Positions 34,009-47,406 of a DNA stretch of 64,000 nt are shown in pieces. Source of the DNA: Octopus bimaculoides (lineage: Eukaryota). A program made the translations under genes and the position numbers. Below the pieces are notes generated by a model. The model did no database searches. It was not told where the DNA came from and worked only from the letters and a program-made list of their open reading frames with translations. The stretch is taken from positions 18,754,368 to 18,818,367 of the forward strand of contig NC_068998.1 in NCBI RefSeq assembly GCF_001194135.2, in the 5' to 3' direction. The first letter of the stretch is position 1. Every line of letters starts with the position of its first letter.

Positions 34009-35204
34009 CAAACTTTTAATCACTCATACAAGTAGGCTTACATTATCATCATAGTTCTTTATATATACCCTCTAAATTAGAAATTTACATATTTTTAAAG
34101 AGATTTACATATTTTTAAAGAGATTTACATATTTTCAAAGTCACTTTTAGCTTTCTATATCATCTCTAGTATCCCCTACTCTTACAGTTTTGTATTCCCC
34201 ATGACTTTTTTTCTTTTATTTTGAGACCTTCAAGATTAATGCACGGCTTAGTGGTTAGGTTGTTGCATTCACAATCACAAGATTGTAGTTTCAATTTCTA
34301 AATTGGGCAGTGCATTATGTCCTTAAGCAAAACACTTCATTTCACATTGCTCCAGCCCACTCAGTTGTAAATAAGTATCCCTGCGACTGACTATCATCCT
34401 GTTCGAGGGGAATGTTGTGACCTTGGTCGCTTATACTGGGTAACCATCCCTGTGAGTCCTAGGGCTTGAATCAATGATGTTCAGGTATTTATGATGAGGA
34501 GGATGAAGACTGATTGGAGAAAGATGCCCTAAAACCACAACTGCTGTGAATGCTTGCAAGAGAGTGGGATCTTCCAAAGTCTCTTGGGAGCCAGGTGATG
34601 GTATTAAATTGATGATTAAGTCTACCACCCAAGTTGGCCACAGTGGGATTTGAACTCAGAATGCAAAGAGCTGAATAGATTGTGTAAAGTCTTGTGTTTG
34701 GTATGACTGAATCTAGCAATTCATCACCCTTAACTGGTACTTTATTGATCCTGGAAGGAGGGTACCTGTGGAAGAGTAAGCCCAGGGAGATATGGGCCAA
34801 AATGGTGAGAAAGAATCTTTGGACACTGGGCCACAGTGAAGAAATGCCAAGGGACCAGGAAATGTGATTTGCTGTACTTGTTAAGACGTGTCAAACTAAA
34901 TAAAATTGCTGTCTTCCACATATACAGGCTTGTTCTTTCAGGTGCTGATGCCACTTAAAAAGCAGCCAACACACTCTGTTAAGCGGTTAGCGTTAAGAAG
35001 GGCATCCAGCCGTAGAAACCATACACTTGGAGTCTGACCAGCTCCATGTCAAACAGTCCATCCCATGCCAGCATGGAAAGTGGACATTATGATGAAGGAT
35101 GAAAAGTAAAGTTGATCTCAGCAGGAATTGAGTTCAGAATGCCAAGAACTGGAATAAATACTGCAAGGCAATTTGTTTGATACTGTACCAATACAATTCC
35201 ATAG

Positions 35205-35436
35205 ATTGGTGGTTATCAACTGGGGTCCATATAAGATTTTGTTGACATTTATCTGCAATAAATTGGTTATACTTCTACAATACACAAAATATTTTAATCA
35301 TATTTATACAATTCTTAATAATATTTAATTATGAAAATATAATAGGATTTTTTAAACATTAAATGGCTGGTAGTGTCTATCCAAATAAAATAAGAATCAA
35401 AGAGGTCCATAGGTGAAAAATGGTTGAGAAATACTG
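35205..35436 (+). mobile_element. Possible hAT-type MITE, decayed
   Basis: GGTGGTTATCAAC ... GGTTGAGAAATACTG resemble CAGTGGTTCTCAAC-type TIRs. Confidence 0.4.
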
Positions 35437-37374
35437 TTAAAAATGATAATGTAGTAAATTTGAAAGGTAGTAGCATATTAGGAATGCTTTCATATATATA
35501 GCATGCTTTAGGCCCTCAACACTGATAGAATCATAAGGGTGTCATCTTGGGTATTTTTAGACCTAGTGGTCAATTTCTTTCAGAAAAACAAGCATACAGG
35601 AAAAAAAGTGAGAGGGAGAAAGAATTTTTGTAGATCCTCACTTCCCCAAGTAATTCTAACACCTTGAGAAAGAAGGGGAAACTCACTTTGGTAATTACTG
35701 TATCCCACCTTGGTTACCACTATTATACAAACACTTTTTGGTAGGAAGTAGCATTCAGTTTGGTAAGCACTGTTATTCTAACACCTCTTGGGGGAAGGTA
35801 CCACTCAATTTAGTAATCATCTCTTGGAAGGAGGTAATACTTATTTCCATAATCACTGCCATACCAACACTAATTTGGAGGAGGCACTCACTTTGGTAAC
35901 CATTGCTATACATTGCTTCTTAACTCTTTTTATTTAGTATCTGTTATCTTTTACTTGTTCCAGTCATTAGACTGCGGCCATGCTAGGGCACCACCTTGAA
36001 TTTTTAATCGAATGAATCGACCGCAGTACTTCTTTTTTAAATTTGGTACTTATTCTATCAGTATCTTTTGCCAAACTGCTAAGTTATGGGGATGCAACCA
36101 CACCAACACTGGTTGTCAGGTGGGGGTGCAAACACAGACAGAAAGACATATACGCTCATAGATATACCTACATACATACATACATGTATATATATACAAC
36201 AGGCTTCTTTCAGTTTCTGTCTGCCAAATTCATTCACTGGGTTTCGGTCGGATCGAGACTATAGAAGAAAGTTTCTTACCACACAACCACACTTTTGTAA
36301 TTGTCATTGTTTTTGTTCTTATTGTTTCGGGTTAATTGTTTTATATATTTACAATCTTCTGCCAACATGGCAGGACTTTAGTATAATTTGTCCTCTTAAG
36401 ATCTTGATCGGACCAAGGTGTGAGGGATAGCGTTGACTTGCATTTAAAAAAAAAAATTTTTCAAGTTTTTGGGGGGGTTTGTTTTACCCAGTGTCAACTC
36501 TATCCCTGGAGCTTCAACCATTCATAATTGATCTGATTGCACATGGTGAACTAAGAGTATACAAAAAGATATGTTAGTGTCTAAAAATCTAAGGTTCATA
36601 CAGCAGCTAGGCACCTGGGTTCCAAGTGGGTCCCCCTGATCAGTCTTTGTGAACATTGTAGGCTTGATGAGGCAGTAAATGGCTATTTGTACAGACAGAC
36701 ACTGAATTGAGTCTTGATCCATGTACAGTGACAAACCTTCTGGTTGTAGATATTATTATGACCATCACAATACATAAAAGGAAACCAGATAAGCTTTGTC
36801 TGGACTCTTAGCATACATGTTTTGTGCTTCAGGGTAGGCAACTCCCCAGCGACTTTTGATATAGAGAGCCATGGGTCATTGAGTGCGGAGGCCTACCTTG
36901 CTGAGATTAGTCTTTGAATTGTAGTTCATTAATGCATATAAGTATATATTTATAAAATCAGTGAGTTACTGGAGGTTGCACTGATTATAACCTGCTAATA
37001 CTGTTTGTGTTGGGGCTTGTGAAAAGGAATTAACCAGGTTATTTGATTTGAATTTCTGAGAGGTGGAATTATCAATATTATATACACTGATCCTCTATCA
37101 TACTTTCATATCCCTCAGTATTACAATTGAGGGGTGTTGTCTTGAGAGTACTCTGTAACCTCACCAATGCTGACACCATGAGAAAAGCACCTGGCCACTG
37201 AAACAAATAAAAGAATATAAATATAGAGTTTCCAAGATTTATTTATGTTTAACAACTGAATGAATTTAATAAAAGCATCTAAATATGAAATGTCGTGAAA
37301 ATTGTTCAAACTGAAGTCCTTCTTGAGTGACACATTTTTCCATTTAAGTCAATACAGAATTACAGATAGTATTT

Positions 37375-37648
37375 ATCATCATCGTCATCGTTTAACGTCC
37401 GCTTTCCATGCTAGCGTGGGTTGGACGATTTGACTGAGGACTGGTGAAACCGGATGGCAACACCAGGCTCCAATCTAATTTGGCAGAGTTTCTACAGCTG
37501 GATGCCCTTCCTAACGCCAACCACTCAGAGAGTGTAGTGGGTGCTTTTACGTGTCACCCGCACGAAAACGGCCACGCTCGAAATGGTGTCTTTTATGTGC
37601 CACCCGCACAAGAGCCAGTCCAGGGGCACTGGCAACGATCTCGCTCGA
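37375..37648 (-). mobile_element. 3' tail fragment of the RTE-associated (GAT)n-tailed family
   Basis: Near-identical reverse complement of 42606-42830. Confidence 0.85.
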
Positions 37649-40158
37649 TTTACTATCGAGTGACATTTGGTCAACCCTGTATAGGTTGACTGCCCTAGGG
37701 ATTGAAATCATGCCCACTAGCTAAACCACTACACTCAACACTTTATTCACTATCTCACAGTGATTATAACAACCAAGAAGAGGACATTAGTCTAAATATA
37801 TTTGTGTATATCCTGGTTATGTTTAAAGTTCTTCAACAGCTGTCACAATCATAATCCCGGATGATCAAATAACCTTACTAGGTAGGGCAGGTAACTGTTA
37901 TTGCCATATATAAAAGTACAAAATATTTGAACTTGGGCTTTCATAAGTCAAACACAACTTGTATTTTGACCCAAATTCTTTATATGAAAATAGCTAAGTG
38001 CAAATATAATGGCATGTTTATTTAATAGCATATTTGTAGAAATGGTGGTGTAGGTTGTTTGTCATTCTATATAGCAATAATCAACTTGCTTTATAAAATT
38101 ATTACTAATAGGTTTCGCAATTGATTGATTTTATAATGTGAGTATTTGGTATTGACTAAAAGTGTTTGAAGGAACACTGTGTGTGTTGGGGTTAATTGAA
38201 TTATTAAAGAGAAGGTTGCTAATAAAAAAAAAATACAGGAAAATGAATGGGTGAGAGAACAGTATCATGACTAACTAACCTAGCAACTTGGCATCATTAT
38301 GTTATGAATAGCAGTCACTTTACCTATAAGTTTTTACACAATAGGACTTGCATATTGACTAACATGCTTATTCCTAATATGACTGACTGGCTAATATATC
38401 AATTTAGGACTAACCTGTTCATTTAATCTCTACAATTTGAATAATCAATGATCTAATAGCTTAGAAGTTTCATATTTTTCATCTTATCCAACATTTACAA
38501 AGCAACGAATTTGAGTACTTTACCAAGAAGTGGTGTGTAAAGAGTTAAGGTAGTTAACCTCTCGTTATCACACTTAGAAGTAGAGACAGCAGTTGGTTAT
38601 AATGAATGTCTGCTTTTTAGAAACATCATGAGGTCAAAGTATTGAATAACTAATTGTTATATTGTTTTTGAGTTCAATGTCTGATGGAACCATTGTTATT
38701 TTCTTAGACAAACCACAACACACACAAATAAAAGAGGAAAAAGATTAGCAACTATTTTGCTCAAGTTTATGAACATGAAAATAACATGATTATGACAGCT
38801 AATGAACTTGAAAAGAGATATTAAATAAAAGCTGACGCAAATCTCTTACCAAAGAACACTGGAAAATCCTATACAATACTGAAATAAAATCAAAAAAGAA
38901 ACTAGTTCACTGAGAAGGTTGTTGGACAGTTTGACAGGAGTTGATTAGCCAGAGGACTACACCAAGCTCCACTGTCTGCTTTGACATGTCTTCTACAGTT
39001 GGATTCTTTGTAGAGTGTACTAGATGCTTTTTACATGGCATGAGCACCAGCAAAGGTTTGCTTTGGCATGATTTTTACAACTGGATGCTCTTCCTAATGC
39101 CAACCACTTTTACAGAGCGGACTGGGTGCTTTTTATGTGGCACCAGCACCAGCGAGGTCTGCTTCAGCATAGTTTTTATGGTTGGTTGTCCTTCTAAATA
39201 CAATCACTTTACAGAGTGAACTGGGTGCATTTTACTTGGCACCAGCACTGTTGAGGTCACCAAATAACTTGCAAGACAAAGATCCTTTGAGAGGTGGGTG
39301 ATATTGAAGGAAGTGACTTTGTTCCAAGTGATGAGAGGTAAGAGTATGACAGAGGAACAGATACAGGTGTTTTGTTGTAGAGAAGATATATAGTTACCTC
39401 ATTTAGAGGGAGAGGGAGAGTGAGAGAGATGGTGGCATATTCTCAAGGTACAAGGATGTGAATATAAATGGAAAGGTAGAGGATTGTCCACAGTAGGGAG
39501 TCCATGTGAAAGCAAAAGGAGGGAACGGGAAATGCAGTGACTGGTGAAACTCAGGTATGCAAGTGGGGGATAACAGGATAGGAATGATACAGTTGGCAGG
39601 GTGGGCAGGAGTGGGGGAGGGGATGAGATAAGCATAGTGCATGAAGAAGAGGAGATGTAGTTTGATTTATTGGGGTAGGGTGTGTGAAAAATTGGGTGGA
39701 ACATACAGCACTTCCAGAACTGTTATGCTGAGGTGGGCATGTCTTCTCAAGAGCCTCATATTGACAGATATCTTGGTCCCTTGTCATTTCATCCATGAGT
39801 CCAAATTGACCAAATGAATGTATACAGTTAGAAAGCTTGCACTGTTTTAGTTACAAAACCTTTCAGTATTGCTCATATCATTAGAATCCATTCAGGCAAA
39901 AGTACATATAATTGTAAAAAAAAAAGAAAGAAAGAAGGAAAGAAAAAAATACACAAAAAAACTCATCTAACGTTCCATATGACTCAGCTTATGTAAACAA
40001 AGTGAAGGAGAAATAGGCAACAAATTTTAATTTATGGCTTCACAAGTTTCTTTTTACTTGGTCAATATAACAACAGACTCGCTCTGGTGCACTGATTTGG
40101 TTTTGACTCTGAATGCATACTTGTGACATATATTTTACAAAATATTTTAAGTACACTA

Positions 40159-40543
40159 TTTACATTAGTCAGACTGGTGTACTCATCTCGATTGTTGCTT
40201 TCATTACATTTCGGCTGTTGAACGCTCCAGCCTTCTTCAGGTGTCTTGTGACTCACCTTAATGCCTTGCCTGGGATTGGACTCAGAATCTCTAGGTGACT
40301 GTACTGCATTAACCAATGCTTTGTCATCCACAATGCTAAATTCACTCTGTCACTGCCAACAGGCATAGTGTAGTAGATAAAGGTGTTGGTTAATGCTGGG
40401 CAGTCTCCTAGAAGTTCTAAGTTCAGTCCCAGGTAAGGCACTAAAGTGAATCAGAAGACACCTGAAAAAGACTGGATTGGGCAATAGCTGAAATGTAGTG
40501 AAAACAACAATCAAGATGAGGACACCAGTCTGATTCATGTAAA
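40159..40543. mobile_element. Foldback element with two inverted arms, each carrying a degenerate hammerhead-like motif
   Basis: 40159-40316 is the imperfect reverse complement of 40386-40543; the ORF-track peptides on opposite strands are homologous. Confidence 0.75.
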
Positions 40544-41635
40544 CATTGTATATAATACAAATTCCTAATCTCAGAAATAGAGAATTGAAGATTATTTTAA
40601 ATTTAAAAAAATACTAATAAAAATTATTTTTTATAAAATTGAATCAGGAGATGAGCCAGATCCAAGCCATGAGTTCCTCTGTGTTTGACACATCTGGTAT
40701 ATGCTGTATTTTGAGATATAACTTGGATAATGGGTTCAGATTGTTACCAAGCATTTCCATTTTACAGATGTAAATTTACAATCATTCAAACGTCTGAAAC
40801 ACTTCCGGTCCCAACAAGCATTTTCAATAAAGGATTCTCAACTGTATTTATTTTATTGATCTTGCTTTCTCTCACAGCACAAAATCAACATACATTTCTA
40901 TTTTATTTAATATCCAAGATACTGTGAATTAAGTGTCTGTGTTTGCCATGGATACATTGTACAGTAACTGGAGACACCTCTGTTCCTGTACGTTGGTTGT
41001 CAATCACCTTATCAGCTCAGTAAGATGTTTTACTTAATGATTTATTTTGTTTTTTAATGACAATAAATATGAATTGTTATTGTTTTAACCCATGTCAGTC
41101 TTAATCAAGAACATCCTGTCTACAATCACCTCATCATTATTTTTTCAAGCATAATATATCTTGGACTACATTTCCTAAAGTGAGCATTTTTTTTTTCAAT
41201 TTTCCACACAACAAGATTTGATATAAGGGAAATTTAGTCACTATTTCCAGCTGGCAGAGAGCAACCGAATAATGATTTTCTTGTGTTGACAAACAGTATA
41301 GAAAAGACAGAAAAAGAAATGAAAATTATCTTGGAATGAAAAAGAGGAAAATTATTGAATAATATAATGAGGACATTAGTTTTACATACAAAATCTTTTA
41401 TTTTCTATCTTTCACTTGTTTCAGTTACTGAATTGCAGCCCCTGCTGGAGCATCGCCTTGAATGGCTTAGCTGAACAAATTCACCCCAGTACTTAATTTT
41501 TAAGCTTGGTACTTATTCTATCAATCTCTTTTGTCAAACTGCTATGTTGCCGGGATGGAAAGAAATCAACATTGGTTGTCAAGTGGAGGTGGGGGAAAAA
41601 CACAAAGACACACACACACATATATACACCTATAC

Positions 41636-42830
41636 AACATCAAAGGCAGGTTAACTAGCAAGTTAGTTTTTGTTTGTGGCAGATGTTCAGGTGCAATAAA
41701 GACTGCAAACAAACAGGAAACAACTTCTATCTCATTCCAGGGTGAAAAACTAGAGGTAGTCGATAGCTTCCGCTATCTGGGCGACCAAGTTAGTAGTGGG
41801 GGTGGGTGCGCTGAAAGTGTAGCTGCTAGAATAAGAATAGCCTGGGCAAAGTTTAGAGAGCTCTTACCCCTGCTGGCGACAAAGGGACTCTCACTCAGAG
41901 TAAAAGGCAGACTGTATGACGCATGCGTACGAACAACCATGCTACATGGCAGTGAAACATGGGCTGTAACTGCTGNNNNNNNNNNNNNNNNNNNNNNNNN
42001 NNNNNNNNNNNNNNNNNNNNNNNNNNNNNNNNNNNNNNNNNNNNNNNNNNNNNNNNNNNNNNNNNNNNNNNNNNNNNNNNNNNNNNNNNNNNNNNNNNNN
42101 NNNNNNNNNNNNNNNNNNNNNNNNNNNNNNNNNNNNNNNNNNNNNNNNNNNNNNNNNNNNNNNNNNNNNNNNNNNNNNNNNNNNNNNNNNNNNNNNNNNN
42201 NNNNNNNNNNNNNNNNNNNNNNNNNNNNNNNNNNNNNNNNNNNNNNNNNNNNNNNNNNNNNNNNNNNNNNNNNNNNNNNNNNNNNNNNNNNNNNNNNNNN
42301 NNNNNNNNNNNNNNNNNNNNNNNNNNNNNNNNNNNNNNNNNNNNNNNNNNNNNNNNNNNNNNNNNNNNNNNNNNNNNNNNNNNNNNNNNNNNNNNNNNNN
42401 NNNNNNNNNNNNNNNNNNNNNNNNNNNNNNNNNNNNNNNNNNNNNNNNNNNNNNNNNNNNNNNNNNNNNNNNNNNNNNNNNNNNNNNNNNNNNNNNNNNN
42501 NNNNNNNNNNNNNNNNNNNNNNNNNNNNNNNNNNNNNNNNNNNNNNNNNNNNNNNNNNNNNNNNNNNNNNNNNNNNNNNNNNNNNNNNNNNNNNNNNNNN
42601 NNNNNAAAGACACCATTTCGAGCGTGGCCGTTTTCGTGCGGGTGACACGTAAAAGCACCCACTACACTCTCTGAGTGGTTGGCGTTAGGAAGGGCATCCA
42701 GCTGTAGAAACTCTGCCAAATCAGACTGGAGCCTGGTGTTGCCATCCGGTTTCACCAGTCCTCAGTCAAATCGTCCAACCCATGCTAGCATGGAAAGCGG
42801 ACGTTAAACGATGATGATGATGATGATGAT
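41636..42830 (+). mobile_element. RTE-clade LINE, 5'-truncated, spanning an assembly gap
   Basis: Peptide FRYLGDQVSSGGGC...RIAWAKFRELLPLL...KGRLYDACVRTTMLHGSETW (RT C-terminal region typical of RTE). After the gap a 3' tail ends in (GAT)n. Continuity across the gap is inferred. Confidence 0.85.
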
Positions 42831-42884
42831 ATATATATATATATATATATATATGCATACATTATACATATATACATATACATG

Positions 42885-42916
<32 letters not shown>

Positions 42917-43369
42917 ATGGGCTTCTTTCAGTTTCCACCTACCAAATCCACTCACAAAGCTTTGATCAACCAGAGATTGTAGTAGAAGACACTTGCTCAA
43001 GGTCATGCAGTAGGACTGAACCCAGAACTGTGTAGCTGGGAAGCAAACTTCTTACCATACAGCCAGACCAGCACCTAAATGAATAACACTTTCGTTGAAA
43101 GCAAAGTAATTAGTCTTGGTGAGCAATGTATTTATTGTTTAAGTGGTTCAATTTGTGCATAATGATAGTTGATACTCTGATCCCAATCCACTCTAATTTC
43201 TTTTAAATGCTAATTAAGACATAGTATTTGAGTCTGAGTTTCTCATTACTATTTGTTGTGCTTGAGAAGACACATCAAGCTAAATAACATCTTGGTTGTT
43301 CTTGCATACAGGCATGTCCCCTGCATCCCTCTCCAGCTGAGTGTTCCTAATCTTGTGGGCTTGTGGGTG

Positions 43370-43597
43370 CTGGCACCATGTAAAAAGCACTTGTGCCTGT
43401 GCCACATAAATGTACCCATACAGGTGCCACATATGGCACCCAGTACACTCTGTAAAGTGGTTGGTGTTAGGAAGGGCATCCAGTCGTAGAAACCATGCCA
43501 AAACAGACATGGGGCCTGGGCAGTTCTTCAGCTGGCCAGCTCCTGTCAAACCGTCCAACCCATGCCAGCATGGAAAATGGACGTTACATGATGTTGA
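43370..43597 (+). mobile_element. Older (GAT)n-tailed family copy
   Basis: GTGGTTGGTGTTAGGAAGGGCATCCAG...CCATGCCAGCATGGAAAATGGACG. Further diverged copies at ~22880-23080, 34945-35100, 38930-39260(-), 44330-44556 and 29885-30060(-). Confidence 0.7.
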
Positions 43598-46500
43598 TGT
43601 ACTATACTTTTGCACTCAATAATATCTATAATATTTATGAGTGAATTTGGTAGAGAGAAACTGTGAAGATGCATATCGTGTGTGTGTGTGTGTGTGTGTA
43701 TGTGTATATGTGTGTGTGTGTGTATGTGTATGTGTGTGTGTGTGTGTGTGTGTGAATGTGTTTGTGTTGCATTTGTTTCAGTATCACTACTTGACAACTA
43801 GTATTGGTTTGTTTATGTCTCCATAACAGCAGTTTGGCAAAAGAGACTGATAAAATAAATACTAAGTTTTAAAACAATAGTTACTGGGGGTCAATTTGTT
43901 CAAGTAAACCCTTCAAGGTGGTTCATCAGCATGGACACAATCCAATGACCGAAACAAGAAAAAGATATGTTGAAAGTTTTTCTTCTATAAAGGGCATTTA
44001 CAATACAAGTCTATTTTTCAGTTATTTAATTCACTGAAATTTCCTCTTGAAATCCTGAAATCTTTGCCCCATGGAAAAAATTCCTCCAGATTTAGAACTG
44101 AACCTTTAAAGTACCAAAATACAAAAATCTCACATCAGATTTTTTTGTGTTTTTCTTTTTACACTTTGAAAATTTTAATTTTTAAAAATAAGAATTGTTT
44201 TAGAAACCAAAATTAAGGAAACGGTTTAAAAACTGAAAACAAGCAAATCAATAAAAAAAAAATGGAAATTCAAATCGGAAACAGTAAAAAAGCTTTTCTC
44301 TTGCCAGTGTCATATAAATAGCACCTGTGAAATCGTGGTCCTGGCCGTTACCGGTGTCATGTAAATGGCACCCGTGCCAGTGGTATGTAAAAAGCACCCA
44401 TTACACTCTCGGAGTGGTTGGCATTAGGATGGGTATCCAGCTGTAGAAGTCATGCCAAATCAGACCGGAACCTAGTGCAGTCTTTGGGTTACCAGTTCCA
44501 GTCAAACTGTCAAACCCATGCCAGCATAGAAAGTGGACATTAAATGATGATGATGACATATGCTAAAATTTATATTCAACTTTATTGTAGTTTGATTTAG
44601 GAGCAATGGTCACAATCATGATCTAACATTTTATAGTTGTATAACTATTGTATCAAAACACTTTTACCATTTTATTACATATTTGGATAATTTTTGTGTA
44701 TATTTTATTTTGGTTCTTCAGGATCTTCAGACAAGTTAAGACTTACCTGAAATCATAGCTTGCCTGAAGAATCTGTGAAACTCAGAGTAGCTAGAGACCA
44801 AAATAAAATGCATTGTCAGCAAGCTGGTAGAATTGTTAGTATGCCGGATAAAATGCTTAGTGATAGTTCATGCAATTTTATGTTCTGAGTTAAAATTCCA
44901 CCAATGTTGACTTTTCCTTTCATCCTTTTGGGATTGATAAAGTAAGTACCTGTTGAGCAAATTTCATGCTTTGTGCTCATAGTAGTAAGAATTGTTAATC
45001 TCTACTATAGAATTGAGCATGTGTATGGTGGGGAAACAATGAGTTTTTACTGCATTTTGAGAAAAAAAACAAGTTTTTATAAATGTTTGCTAGCCTACAA
45101 AATCTATATCAGCTAAGCAAATGACCTTCTCTAAATGCATTAAAAACATTATAACATAATCTGAATACTATTTGAAAAATTATCTCCATTCTCTTTGAGC
45201 ATGTGAAAAACAAATTTAGCTGGGGTAAAATGAGTAAGACAAGATAAAGTACATTCATCTCTTCAATCCTCCAGAATTACAGTTGTAAACAGACTCATAC
45301 ACATCAGTATCCATCCTTAGACATCAGAAAGATCAGAAATGCAACAAAAATTTAAAATATCTAGGTCAAATGAAAGAGGATCATATAAAAATGGCAGATA
45401 ATACAAAATTAACAAAACTCGACTAAATCAAAAAACCTCAACAAATTATTCTCTATAGTTTCATCACTATCTGCTAGAGTAGCTCTCTTCATGATGTATT
45501 TATGTACCATGCAGTTTAAGAGAAGAAATTATTGAAGTTAGTCATTACTTATTTTACCCATTCCAGATATCATCTTTTGAAAATTGAAAACTATCAAACT
45601 AGACATTAGTGTGGGGGAAAAAATGACTTGGAATCCCACACAGAAAAGAACACCAAAAATATCAGGATATTTTATTAACAACCTCAATTACAATCGGGTC
45701 AAGCTGAGGCAAAATTTCTTGAAAAAAAATGTACCTGTCACCTGGTTATATTCCAATCTTTTTCTCTTAACTTCAACAACAATTATGCTGATTAATTTTT
45801 CATTCTAAAGGTGATGCAGCAGTACAAAATAATGATGCAACACTTACAATGTAATGATTTCAAATGTGTAGGTAAAAAAATAGTGAGAAATTAGAAATTA
45901 CTAATTTTACCCCAGTTACTAAATTTTGCCCCATCACTCCTACTCCTTTTTTTTTTCTTTCTTTTTTTGTCAGACAGTTAACATGAGAGGGTCACTGCTT
46001 CTGTATCCCAACAGAACAAAATCCTGAGACATCAGGACCTGGCAGTGAACTATCTTTTCCTGTCTGTGACTTTTGAGAAGCTTGGGGTGGCTGGGCTGCT
46101 AACAGTGCGATTCTTGCCATCGTTGGTAACTCACCAAACTGAGTTGCCAGGTGATGCCCGTGAGGGTGCTTGACTTTTCCAATGCCTTTGCCTTGCCATC
46201 GCCTGTGATAATGCTGTGTTGGCTTGCTTCAGTAGGTTCTGTTGGACCTTGTGGTGTGCGACTAATTGAGGCACTTGGCTGCATTTAAATTTTTTCTTTC
46301 TCCTGTTTTTGGCTTTTTTTTTTTTCGTTTGTATAAATTATACAATAGTTGCACTTAATTTTAAATAACAAAATGCATGACAATAAAATAAATTATTATA
46401 TTAAATATACAACCATATTTTAAGTTAACACTAAATGGATATAATTTATAGGTATATATTCCATCAACTCTTTAGTGGCGGAAACCTTTCAAAGGGGTTA

Positions 46501-46688
46501 GCAGAGGACCCAGACTTAGTTGAGTACCACTGGTAACACTTTTGCATATTATAGGTACCGCAGTCAATTGTACTAAGGTCTTTCTTGCTTAGTTTTTTTT
46601 TTCTATTCGTATGTGAGTGTAGGGGTTTGTGTATCTTAAGGTTACGTTTATACATGAGAACTGGTGATGAGAAAGACTTATTATTATT

Positions 46689-47066
46689 GTTCAGTAGTTT
46701 TATTTTTATAACGTGCTTTCACTTCACTACCGAGCGCAGCTCTGTGCGCCTTGGGTATGTGCTGTGGTTTGCTGTGATGCTCTTATGGTTACTGTATTGA
46801 AAGTGTTTTGCGTAGGATGTGTGCAGTGCCCAGTAGTGCAATTTTCTGTATGTTATATATATTTGTAAGTCCTGGTGTTTTTGTTATGTATTTGTCTGAA
46901 TATTCTTTTATTATACCTAAGGCACCTACTATGATAGGAATTGTTTCTGTTTTTAGATTCCACATTCGAGTTACCTCTATTTCCAGGTCTTTGTATTTTG
47001 AAAGTTTCTCCATTTCTTTTACGGAACGTTGTCATCTGCTGGTATTGATACATCAATTAGAAAGCA

Positions 47067-47068
<2 letters not shown>
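46689..47068 (-). mobile_element. RLE-type non-LTR retrotransposon (R4/Dong-like) 3' fragment
   Basis: Minus strand CFLIDVSIPADDN...EKLSKYKDLEIEVTRMW...IPIIVGALG...QKIALLGTAHILRK (restriction-like endonuclease C-terminus), flanked by (TAA)n on both sides. Confidence 0.85.

Positions 47069-47134
<66 letters not shown>
47069..47134. repeat. (ATT)n microsatellite, ~22 units
   Basis: Direct reading. Confidence 0.95.
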
Positions 47135-47392
47135 GAATTTAAATACAAAAAAATTCGATAGATTAAGTAAGTTCCAGGATAATTGAATCCTAATGTTGCG
47201 AACTGAGAATCTTGATCAAAGATGAAAGATGGTTGTAAATCGGTTTAAAGAGGAAGACGACCGACTGCATATATTTTATTATATATATTACATTATATAC
47301 TTTTAAAAAAGTACTTTTTGATATAGTTTTGCATGCTTATGACAAATATTGTGGTTTTATTATTTTGATATAAAAACTTACAAGCATTTAAA

Positions 47393-47406
47393 GTTGCCAT
47401 GGCAAC
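47393..47406. promoter_or_regulatory. Perfect palindromic RFX X-box
   Basis: GTTGCCATGGCAAC is an exact match to the RFX consensus. It is followed by ACTTCCG (ETS-like, 47427-47433) and an inverted CCAAT (ATTGG, 47456-47460) in non-repetitive DNA ~0.9 kb upstream of the nicotinamidase ATG. Confidence 0.6.

Noticed and set aside
41773-42755. Several 230-370-aa ORFs
   Set aside because: Mostly X from the gap; only the + strand RTE segment before 41975 is real coding-derived sequence.
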